A stretch of DNA of 64,000 nt, taken from NCBI GenBank assembly GCA_009103225.1, contig RHPI01000777.1:62001-126000 (forward strand). The letters run 5' to 3'. Positions 52,650 to 64,000 of the stretch are shown piece by piece. The number at the start of each line of letters is the position of its first letter. The stretch's first letter is position 1. This DNA is from Chlorokybus atmophyticus (taxonomy: Eukaryota > Plantae > Mesostigma and Chlorokybus algae). The position numbers were made by a program, and so were the translations under genes. The notes beneath the pieces are model-generated. The model made no database searches. It had not been told where the DNA came from and saw only the letters and a program-made list of their open reading frames with translations.

Positions 52650-55600
52650 ATGGCAGGCAGGGGTAAGGTCAAGGGCAAGGCGCCGCCTCCGCCTCCGCCT
52701 TCTTTGAGCTCGCAGCGAAGCATCAACTCGTTCTTTGTCCCGAAGTTGCACCGGGCGAAGCCCTTTTTTGAAGGTGGGCTGCTGTAACTGCTGGCCGGGT
52801 TGACTCTCAGGCCTGCCATATGTGTATGCATGCAACATGCAGCGCGTGTAGTCCGTAAAACATCAGTTTCCACTGTCGCTCTACAGCTGTCCTGACATCA
52901 TGTGGCCAGCAAGCACAGCTTGTTAGTAATGCCAAGTCCCACCTCGTTGTATCAAGTGTTCAGTGTTGCCCTGGTGCAGCACCGAAAACTTGAGTTCTCT
53001 CTGCACATAATCACCGCTCGTTGTAAGTAATAACGCGGTGCTTTTGATTTCGTGAATAGCTGCAGAAGCTTGCAGCTGCAGTGCCAGTTAAAGCGGCTTG
53101 GTGATAACACTACACAGTTATAACAAAAATGGCCAACCAGCAGTGGTACTGGCATTGCTAATCATGGCCCTGTGCGTGTGTTCTTGTCTGCATGTGTGCG
53201 ACTTGTATGGTTGCGCGCATGCTGAAGAGGTTGCACCGTCAAAACAGTCTTCTTTAGTGCTAATGTTATGGCAGTTTCATGGCCTTGGTGTGCATGCGTG
53301 ACTTGTATGGTTGCGCACATGCTGAAGTGGTTCACTTCCATTGTCAGAGCAACCCTCTCAAGAATTGAAAAACACTCCCTCTCCATCCGACGTGACATGC
53401 ACTTCCATAGGCGGTAAAAGGCATAACACCAAACCTACTGCAGATGGCGAAGCTACGCCTTCGCCACCTGCACGCAAGCGCAGCACGCCTTCTCCAGTCA
53501 AAAATCTCGCAAAGGACCTGTCGCCATTAAACACCGCTGCACCATCTGAGGCTGTTGATGGCAAGGATGCTGTTGGACGCCGCTTGAAGGTACACATGCT
53601 TTTGAACAAGTCGAGAAGTAGCTGTATTGTTTGAGCAAGCGTTTGTGCCAGCTACTGCATTTGCATCAGCTGTTTTTTAGAATGGAATGTGCTCGTCGTG
53701 TGAAGGTTTTCTGGCCTGAGGAGAAGCAGTGGTTTACTGGCCGAGTGGCTGCCTTCAGCCCTGTTACAAAGAAGCACAAGGCACGTCTGCCCTCTCTTTG
53801 ACTTGTCCTTGATGTCCTTCAACGCCTGGCTGACGTTACAGTCTGTGGCTGAGCAGGTTGTGTATGATGACGGTGATGAAGAAAAGATACTCTTACGAAA
53901 CGAACGCTTCTCCTGGGTTGATGCTGCAGTTGTTGCCACGCCAACAAAACAGCGGGTCAGCAGTGGTGAACAGCAGAAGACTCGGAAGCGAGTTCTGTCA
54001 GACTGGTCTGATAATGAAGAACAGGGCCCTGAAGCTACTGGGAAGTTCACGCAAGGTAAGACAGTTATTACCTGGTCACATGTCGCTGAACATGAAGGGT
54101 GCTGGAATTTGTGGCAAAGTCGTTGCAGCTAAATACAGATTGTGCTTGCATACATTGTCACTCGAATGCCTAATGTGACTGCAGTGACCAACGTGTTTTC
54201 TGATGGTGGCAGGTGTTATTCATAACTTGTCTCCTAAGCAAGATGCTGGGCCAAGGAGGAAGCTGGTGAAGAAGTCAAGGGCGGAAGCGCTCAGCGAGGA
54301 TGCACCCAAGCGCAAAAGGCAGAGAAGCAGCAGCCCTGCACAAGAGACAGTGCCTGCTGAAAACACACCTGCTGTAAGGATGGCAGCTGCTGCGACATTG
54401 GCTGAACCCGACAGGGTGAATGCTAGCAACTTACATGACATGGCGACCAATGCTGAGCGCTTTGCTGAACGTGAAGCACAGTATCTACCTTTTCTCAAGT
54501 AGGTGTCCAAGCTGGCGTGTAATTCCGCACCTGTTCAATCCTGATGGAACTTGTGTTGTCACACGCAGAGAACGGCTAGATGCACGGCGACGACGGCCAG
54601 ACGATCCTGACTTTGATATCAACACACTCTATGTTCCACAAAGCTTTCTTGACAAGCTCACAGGCGGGCAACGTCAATGGTGCGTTGTACGCGTCACACA
54701 GAGACTCAGCTTTGTGACACAAGTGTGTCATCCGACAAGACATACACATTGACACTAGTCGTGCGTGTATGCCAGGTGGGACTTCAAGCGCAAACATGCC
54801 GACCACGTCCTCTTGTTTAAGATGGGGAAGTTCTATGAAATGTTCGAGATGGACGCTCATGTAGGAACCTCTGAGCTGGGCCTTGAGTACATGAAAGGAA
54901 ACCAGGTGCGTGAGTTGCCAGTCTCATCTTGCTTTAGCTGAAGCTGAAGCTCACAAGTAATTAGCCAACCTGTTTGTGTCATGTTGTTGTTCAGCCTCAC
55001 TGCGGCTTCCCAGAAAAGCGTTATGCGGAAAACGCTGAGCGCTTGGTACGCAAGGGCTATCGCGTGCTGCTTGTCGAGCAGGTGGAGACTCCAGAGATGC
55101 TCGCGCAGCGCAAGAGTGCCGGCAGCAAGGACAAGGTCAGTTGCCGGTTGCATGACGATGTGAGATGGCAGGTAGTAGTGCTGACTGCATTGCTGCATAC
55201 ACAAAGGTGGTGCGGCGTGAGGTTTGCGCGAAGCTGACACGCGGCACGCTCGTTGACAGCGAGATGTTGCAGTCCAATCCCGACCCTTCGTACCTGCTTT
55301 CTATTACCGAGGCACCAGTTAGAGAGGATGCGCAGGACATGGAAGCCGTGGACATTGGTGTCTGTTTTGTAGACACCGCTGCCAGCCGTTTTATGCTTGG
55401 GCAGGTGGAAAATTCAGCCCAAGCACAAGTTTCAACAAGTTGCTGTTTGTATGGTTCTCATCTTTGCGCGTGTGCAGTTTCGCGATGACGCGGCCCGGGG
55501 GCGCCTGCAAAGTCTGCTAGCAGAGTTTCGCCCAGTGGAAGTTGTCAAACAGAAAGGTAGCCTACTCATGTGTTGCATGTCGGACGCTGTGCAGCATGGT

Positions 55601-58600
55601 GCTGCTTGCTATGGCACAGCTTACCAACATTTTGTCATGTAGGTCAACTTTCCCATGCTACTGTCAGCACGTTGAGAAATCATTTGCGACAACCTTTGAT
55701 CAACGAGTTGTCCGACTCGATAGCTTGGCAATGCGAATCCATACTCCATCGCTTGAACAAGTACTTTGCTGAAGAGCAACCTGCTGCTGTCAACTACCTC
55801 GTTGAAGCAAGTAAGCTGTGGACATGCAAGCAGTGCGCTGCACATGCCAATTGGGTGTTTGCACAGCGTCTGCGTAGTTACTGTGCCCTATGATGCTGGC
55901 CACCACAGACACTGCAAGCTTGCAATGTCGTCCATACTACACGAACACACAACTGCAATAGTGCTTGTGACATGCACGATCTTGGCAGCTGATGTCTGCG
56001 ACATGCAGAACATGATGGGAAGCTTGCATTGTCTGCATTTGGAGGCTGCATTGAGTATCTGAAGGGCGCTCTGTTGGACACGGAAATCCTCGCAGCGAAG
56101 CGCATTCAACTGTTGTCGGAATTTCTGCCTGATGAGATCCGCCAAAGCAACCCTGCAGGCACTGTGCTGGATGACTTGACTGAGCGCTGTTTAGAGTTAG
56201 ACAGTGCTGCTCTTGAGAATCTAGAGGTAAGCGCAGCTGTTTTGCAATCCTTTCATTTGCTTGACACAAGTTCATATGGCCACGATGTCATTGCTGCGTG
56301 TCACATTGATTGATGTGGCCTTTGAGCGACGACACTTGTTGCACAGATACTGGAAAACAGCTATAATGCCGGCACAAAGGGCACGCTGCTGTCCACTTTG
56401 GATCGCACAGTGACTGCAGCGGGGCGACGGCTGCTGCGCCGTTGGATTTGCCGACCATTGTATCATGTTGACGGCATCATAGCAAGGCAGGATGCCATTG
56501 CTGGTAAGTGTCTGCAACTGAAGTCATGCAGCATGCTTTGGTGTGCAATGGTACGGCATTTGCCAAACTTGCCACTGCACAGGTCTGAAAGGGCCTGCTG
56601 CTGAAGCCTTGTCGGGATCCCGCGCAATACTTTCATCCATCCCAGGTATTCAACTTTGCTACTCTTGAGTGTTGTCTTCTGTGTTCTCTTCTAAGCGGCC
56701 ACAATCATGTGTAGTAATAGTGTCAACCATGCTGCCAATGCCGCATAATCAGTTGTTGAAATTGTTTTTGCGTTTTTAACCTGTATTGGTGACGCACTGA
56801 TATAACGCACTACTAATTCCTTGTTGATTTGTCCAGACCTGGAGAGGTTATTGGCACGGCTCCAGGCAGCTTTTGGGAACACAGGGCGATCAGCCTCCCA
56901 TGTTGTACTGTATGAGGACGCAACGAAGAAGAGAGTTCGAGAGTTTGTTGCAATCTTGAGAGGCTGCAGATCACTACTCACAGGTACAGCACTGAGTCTA
57001 GATGATTGATGTATGCTTCCAGACTGACGCAGGGATAATATGTGTAACGGTCGGCGCAGTGATCGCACACTTGCCAACATTTGCTGTGTCTGCAGTGCTG
57101 TCAACATTCGCTCCTGCCTTGGAAGACATAGCATCGGAGTACTTGCTCTCGCTTGTGACACCAGGCAAGCGCTTTGACGACCTTCGCCCTGTGATTGAGC
57201 AGTTTGAGGCGGCATTCGACTGGACAGATGCTGAAAGCGAAGGTACCGGATTGGGGCGTTGAGTTGGACTGTTGCTGCTGCTGTACTTTATGCTGCCAAC
57301 CATGCCGTACGCATTATGGCGTTGTGGTTTGACTTATGCTTATGTTTACAACAGGTCGCATCACTGCACGCGCTGGTGTGGACACTGCACTTGATGAAGC
57401 AGAAGATGCAGTTCAGAGTATAGAGTCCGAGCTGGAGACTTACCTAAAGCAGCAGCGCAAGGTATCACAAGTGTTTGGCTTTTCCCACGTGTTCCGTCAT
57501 AGCCACCTTTACGCCTACTGTACTGCTAATCATGGAGTGTCATGAGCTGCATGCATGACTGCATTGCATGGGTACCACACATTCATCTCTGTCTATAGCT
57601 GTCTATAGCTGAGACTCCTGTTGTGGCAGGCGCTTCGCAGTGAGGTTACATACCAAACAGTAGGCAAGGACATTTATCTCCTTGAAGTACCAGATAAGGT
57701 AGGCTGGCATTGTTGGGATGCAAGGCCTGCAGTGGCACTTGTGCTGCACGCAAATGCACTAGCTGCACATGTCCGCCTCCCACATCAAGCTGTTGTATGT
57801 CTGCAGGTTAAGGTTCCAGCCAATTTTGAGCTGCGATCGCATAAGAAGGGCTATAGGAGATTTTATACGCCTGAGCTCATAGAACTTGTTGCTGAGTTCA
57901 CGCAAGCTCAGGTTGGTTTCTCTTGTTTATTGATTGATTCGCAGCTGTTTGCAAGGAGGTTAATTGCTGATGTTGACTGTAAGACGTTTTGACTCATACA
58001 CCGACATGTGCACAGGAGCAACGGGAGGCAGCTTTGAAAGGCATTTACCAGGCATTGGTTGTGAAGTTCTGCAGGTGAGTTGTGCACATGTGATTCATCT
58101 TTCCCATGCAGCCCAAGAGCGCGCGGATAACTTGATGCACTGTGACAGCCATTCTGCGAGTTGGACGCGGCTCGTGCAATCAATGGCCGAGTTGGACTGC
58201 CTTGGCAGCTTGGCCCAAGCATCAGCCTTGGCGGACGGCCCGATGTGCCGCCCAATCTTTCTTCCTCCACCGAATGACGAGTCCAACACAGGGAGCTACC
58301 ACGTGAAGGACCTGAGGCACCCATGCGCTGCGGCGCTGGCTGTCGGCTGCTCGTACGTACCCAATGATACCAGCCTCGCCGCCAACGGACAGGCTCCGTT
58401 GATACTTCTGACTGGACCCAACATGGGCGGTATGGTTACACCTCATGCACAACTTGCAGCAGCAACATTATCATTGGTCCATCCTCTGTCTTACTCTTAC
58501 TGAAGCCACAAGCTGCGTGTGGCAGGCAAGTCGACACTGCTGAGACAAGTCTGCCTCGCTGTCATCCTCGCGCAGGTTGGTTGCCTGATAGGGCTACACT

Positions 58601-59687
58601 GCACAATAACAAGAAAGTGTGGTGTGCCGCGAGCACTGACTGTGGTCTGTGTGGCAGATTGGTGCTGACGTCCCGGCCACTTCCTTTGAGCTCACGCCCG
58701 TGGATCGGATGTTTGTGCGCATGGGTGCAAGGTGTGCGCAGTTTGATCCGAGTCTTGTTGCCGGGGCTTGACCTTGTGGCAAGTTGTACTTGTTAAACCT
58801 CATCTCACTGCATGCGTTGCCTGCAGGGATGCGATAATGTCTGGACAGAGCACGTTCATGGTTGAGTTGATGGAGACAGCGGCAGTCTTGAAGAATGCAA
58901 CAAGGCAGTCGCTGGTGGCTCTGGACGAGCTTGGTCGAGGGACAGCCACTTCTGATGGATTTGCCATTGCGTAAGCATACCTGGCGTGTACAAGACTTGT
59001 TATGGAGCATATCTCATCCATCTGTGTGCAGGTATGCTGTGCTGGACCATCTGGTGCAACAAGTTGGATGTCGCGGGTTGTTCTCCACGCATTATCATCG
59101 CCTGGCGGACGAGTACCAGTCAAGCCCCAAGGTGAGGGCAATTTGTGTGTGTGCGCGGGCTTGTGCACGCATGCGCGTGTGTGTGTGTCAGTGCTGTGTT
59201 GCATCAGTACTGACCATGCGTCTGTTGTTGGTGCCAGGTTGCGTTGTACCACATGGGTTGCGCCGTTGCGAGTTCCCCCACCCCCGACAAACAAGACGTC
59301 ACCTTCTTGTACAAACTAACGCGTGGCGTCTGCCCCAAGAGCTACGGCACCAATGTCGCCTTGCTTGCAGGTACGACACACACATGCATGCCCTCCACCG
59401 AGGGACAGCAAGTCAAATCTTCCTCATGCACCTTTGCTGATCACCTGCTCCTGTCATCATTCACAGGCATGCCGGAGAGCGTTGTGACGCGTGCAGCTGC
59501 CAAAGCTGCGCAGTTGGAAATTGAAAGGCCAGATTGGGCCCTTCCAAGCAGCACGAGCGCCGATGCTGCGACGATGATAACAACAGAAGAGTCTGAGCTG
59601 GTGCAGGCCGTGTGCAAGCTGTCTGGTGATGACAGCGGAGATGTACAACACGTTTGGGACACAGCTCGCAAGCTCGTCACGACATAA
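52650..59687 (+). CDS. MSH6: DNA mismatch repair protein MSH6 (PIP box, Tudor domain, MutS domains I-V)
   Basis: PIP box QRSINSFF. Tudor: VGRRLK|[12 protein letters not shown]...VVYDDGDEE. Mismatch-binding motif [14 protein letters not shown]; PHCGFPEK; Walker A LTGPNMGG|KSTLLRQ; [12 protein letters not shown]; LFSTHYH; [20 protein letters not shown] 59685-59687. Confidence 0.97.
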
Positions 59688-59983
59688 GCACACGTCACGC
59701 AATTGTTGCTATGTAGGAACAACTGCTCTGTACATGAACATGCTGTCATGCACATTCAGTGGTAAGTCGGCCAGTTAGCCCCAATTGGCTGCTACTGGCC
59801 TGTTGTCTACACAGTGTGTGCGTTGTTGGGGTGTTGCAAATGGATACTTCATCATTTACAGACAAAGGACCTAGCGCTTGACTGCTGCAGTAACAATTAG
59901 CCTATTGAATGACAACAAGCAACAATAATAATTAACAATATGTATTTCAACAAGTTTCGGACTGGGAGAAGAGGCAATATTCT

Positions 59984-61857
59984 CTACCACGTGCTTGAGC
60001 GCTGCGGCACAGTACGCCCTATCTGTTCTGCATCTGCCGGCCCATCATAAAAATGCGTTTGCACCTGCCACACCACAGAACAAGGTACCCACATGAGCCT
60101 CGTGCATGCGTGCGCGCGCGCGCGTGCACACACACACAGGCGCATGCACACCCAGCCACGCGCGCGCAAGTGCTTGCGTGTGCGTGTGTGCGTGCGTGCG
60201 CATGTGCGTGTACACACATGCGCACTCGCATATTTGCATGCCGTGTGTGCAATGTCCACATGCTGTATGCATCTTTGACAGCCAGCATAGAGCAAGTGAG
60301 CTCGCTCACCTCAACGCTACTCCTTCGTCTCTCTCCACCATGGAACCTCTTCAGGTACTCCACCTGCAGGGCGTCCGCGTCGGTCGACAGCTGCCGCCAC
60401 GTGACCACCGCGTTGGTGGCTGCTGCTGCTGAGGACTTGCGGTGCGGCTCCATCTATCATGCATATATCATGCATTACACAAGGTAAACAGTAAGGTTTG
60501 ACATACTTCAGAAGTGTGACATGAGAAACACAGAGTGTGTGTGTGTGTCACACGCACCAAGTTTCTGGTGTGCTGCATGTTCAAAGGTGGGACGCGCGTG
60601 AGCGAGGTCTGCTGCTGCCACTTCTGGTCTTGCACCCCGAACTCAACCAGATGCGTCAATGAGCCTGAAGCAACAACATAAGTGGTGCGTTGAACAATCT
60701 CACGTGTAGATCTGCCAGTGCACGCACCCACATTCACCCACACACAGCCATAGACAGACACCACACCTAAAGACACTTTGATGCCATTCTTCCAGCCATG
60801 CTCCATCTCCTGCAACACATACACACACAAACTTTCTTTTCAGACCCGCATCACCTCTGAATGATAACCCTGCCTGCAGCAAATGTCCTCATTAGCCCAA
60901 ACCCAACTTGACCTCCAAGCTCACCCTGAAGATATCGTTGGGTTGCGGCGCAAAGTGAGTCCACGCGGCCTCGATGGCCAAGTCCATGAGGACAGCTACA
61001 ACGGACACAAGCAGGAGACACAGCCAAAAGGAGCCTTGCGCATAAAGCTGTGGTGGAGCAAAGAGGAAGGCAAGGCTTAGACAACACATCGTATTGCACA
61101 ACACAATACAATAATTGTCAAAACATACACACATACACGCACGCACGCACACATCCTTCTCCCTCACCTGTTCTGCCAGGAGCGACATGTCCGCGAATAT
61201 CCCCGCCATGCCCCATATGGCCGAGCAGATGATGAGGAAGATGAGCCAGGCGCCCATCGACCAACCGAACAGAGACGTCAGGTTCGACCAGGCCCAGAAA
61301 CGGGTCCGCACCGCGAGCCTCAAGTTCTGCATGTGTGACAAATAGTACAAGCATGAGAAAGAATAACAACAAGAAGAAGAAGAAGAAGAAGAAGAAGAAC
61401 AACAACAACTACAACAACAACAACACAGATACAACAACGATGGCACAGATACAACTACAACAACTACAACAACAACAACAACAACAACAGTTACAACAAC
61501 AACAGCAACAATATCATTAAGACAACACCAAACCCACCACAATAATGTTGTTGTTGTTTTTGGTATTGTTGTTGTTGTTGTGGTGGCGGTGGTCATTGTT
61601 GTTGTTGTTGTTGTTGTTCTTCACCGACCCCAAACAACACACCACCCCCAACTCACCACGACGAACACGACGCACGTGTACGCCGCGGCCCCCACGGCGT
61701 ACAGCCCCATCTCCTGTCCCCCCCGCGCGTCCCCGTTGGACGCGATCGCGAGCAGGGACGCGAAGAAGCAGAGGAGGGAGTGCCAGAGACCGGAACCGAA
61801 CCAGGCGAGGGCCGAGAGGAAGAAGCGACGGCGCTTGTCGAGCTGGAGGGGAGAAGG

Positions 61858-61900
<43 letters not shown>

Positions 61901-64000
61901 TGTGCGTGACACATGTGCATGCCTGCTCGCACACACGCGCACGCATGCACTTGTGTCACGCGAAGACGCTCCCTGACAAGTCTCTCAACACACTTGTCAC
62001 GCGTGAGGCTGTGTTGTGTTGTATGGTCAAGTGGTCGTATGTCCAACACCCACAACTCACACATCTCCCCACCTGTGTCTGTAGGTACAGCGCCGGGTTG
62101 TTGAGCACCGTCCCCGCGCCCACGTCCTGTTCGAGGAACGCGTAGGCCATGGTGGGCAGCGCGGTCCAGAGGAGGTTGTACGTCGAGATCAGCGCCGTCG
62201 TGTAGAGGGGCTGGCTGGAGAAACCGGAGAACCAGGCGAGGTAGAAGTTGCCGCCGACGTACACCAGGTTCTGCGAGGAGGGGGATGTGACCCAGATGAG
62301 CTTCATGCGATAGTGATTGGATGTGCACTCTCGAACGCGCGCGCACGCACACACATGCGTGTGCGTGCGAAATCTCCACAAGCTCGCACACAGACACACC
62401 CACGCACGCACGCATGTACACGCACAAACTCACATGCGTGCGCAGGTAGAAAAGCGTACACCCACATGCATGCACACAGGCGCAAGCGCGCGCACACACG
62501 GGCGTTCACTCCCACACCCACAACCACACCGTGTACTTGCCTTGTAGAATGCGTACAGCACCAGCTCGCGGTTTCGGCTATAGGACCACCGCCCGTGCAC
62601 AAGCAGCAACCGCACCAGAAACCTTTCATTCCAACTTTGTCAGTCACCACCACACACACAACATCACATCCGACATTTGACCCTCTTCTCTCCCCACCTG
62701 AACTGTGCCACGGCATAGTCGCTGGCAAGCACCGCCGCCATGCCTTCTCGTCCGCTGATGCCAACCTGCACACGCGCACACGGGTACAGCATCAGTGAGG
62801 TTTTGTGGGATGATGACACACAAGACAACATTTGCGTGTGCGTGTCTTGTTGTTTACCCCGATGTGCGCGGCTTTGATCATGCCGACGTCATTCGCGCCG
62901 TCGCCCACGCCGAGCGTGACGGCGTGCGCGTGGTCCTTGACCAACTTTGTCACCTGCAGATGTGACGTATTGTTATGGCCTGTTACACGCACTCTGTGTG
63001 TGTGCGTGTGCTGTGGTTGTGTGTCTCTCTCTCTCTCTCCCCGCCATGCCTGTGCTTTTTGCAGTGGCGACACTCTGCAGCACAGCACGGCGTTGCACAT
63101 CATGCATAGTTCCAGGAACAGCAGGGCGTTCTCGGGCTCCAGGGCCCACTCAAGCACCGCACCGTCCACCACAACACCCATCTCCTTCTATACACACAGG
63201 TCCAAGTGAGCCACGCCCCGATCNNNNNNNNNNNNNNNNNNNNNNNNNNNNNNNNNNNNNNNNNNNNNNNNNNNNNNNNNNNNNNNNNNNNNNNNNNNNN
63301 NNNNNNNNNNNNNNNNNNNNNNNNNNNNNNNNNNNNNNNNNNNNNNNNNNNNNNNNNNNNNNNNNNNNNNNNNNNNNNNNNNNNNNNNNNNNNNNNNNNN
63401 NNNNNNNNNNNNNNNNNNNNNNNNNNNNNNNNNNNNNNNNNNNNNNNNNNNNNNNNNNNNNNNNNNNNNNNNNNNCCACGGTATCCCCACACCCACCTTA
63501 GCATCCACTGCTCTTATCCCCCTGGCCTCCTTCGCCATCCCTCCCAGCATCTCCCTCACTCCCTTCCTCGCACTCGCGCACGTCGCCTCTTTCCCCCCCC
63601 CCATCCCTCCTCCTCCTCCTTCAGCAGCCGCCATGACGATGCGCTCGGTGGCTAAGAACAGCTGCATCGAGTCGCGGAGTAGGTTGCAGCTAAGCGCAAT
63701 AGACACCGCCGTCTCGACCTGGACCAGAGAGAGTCGGTGAGTCGGTGAGTCAGTGACTCGGTGAAATCAGTGAGATAACACACCTACCTTATCTCCCGTC
63801 AGCAGCCATATCTTGATCCCCGCCCCCCCCAACGTCCCAATCGCCTCCGGCACCCCTTCCTGCAGCTTGTCCTCCACGGCGGTCGCTCCGACAAGGACCA
63901 GACCCACCTCGACCTCCTCCGCCAGGGAGGCCAGAAGGGAGTCGCGGTCGGAGAGGGCGATGGAGGCCTGGCGGAAACGGAGGGACCAGGAGGAGTACTC
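59984..64000 (-). CDS. P4-type ATPase (phospholipid flippase, ALA-like), 3' part; 5' part lies beyond the window
   Basis: LVLVGATAVEDKLQEGVPEAI, IKIWLLTGDK|VETAVSIALSC, AVLCCRVSPLQKAQ, TLGVGDGANDVGMIKAAHIG|VGISGREG, VHGRWSYSR, YNLLWTALP, C-terminal TM segments. TAG stop at 59984. Confidence 0.95.
63224..63475. other. Assembly gap (N run)
   Basis: Directly visible. Confidence 1.

Overview
Intron-rich eukaryotic nuclear DNA from the green lineage; plant-type NLP, PEX7 and Tudor-bearing MSH6 point to a green alga, but the species cannot be determined from the sequence. Intact conserved genes sit at both ends: proteasome ATPase RPT5 and a NIN-like RWP-RK/PB1 transcription factor on the left; PEX7, a secreted S8 subtilase, MSH6 and the 3' part of a P4-ATPase flippase on the right. 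The central ~33 kb (about 12.4-45.6 kb) is an accessory region. It holds an F-box gene, two copies of a spliced homologue of the prokaryotic nickel-pincer cofactor Ni-insertase LarC (N-terminal domain, with frameshifts), a polycystin-type channel pseudogene, an NHL+BTB pseudogene, orphan ORFs, two small TIR elements and long microsatellites next to assembly ambiguities. A complete 535-bp TRIM-type LTR retroelement lies at 4.3-4.9 kb. The LarC-like genes are the most unusual signal. All protein assignments come from manual translation and motif recall; no database search was run.
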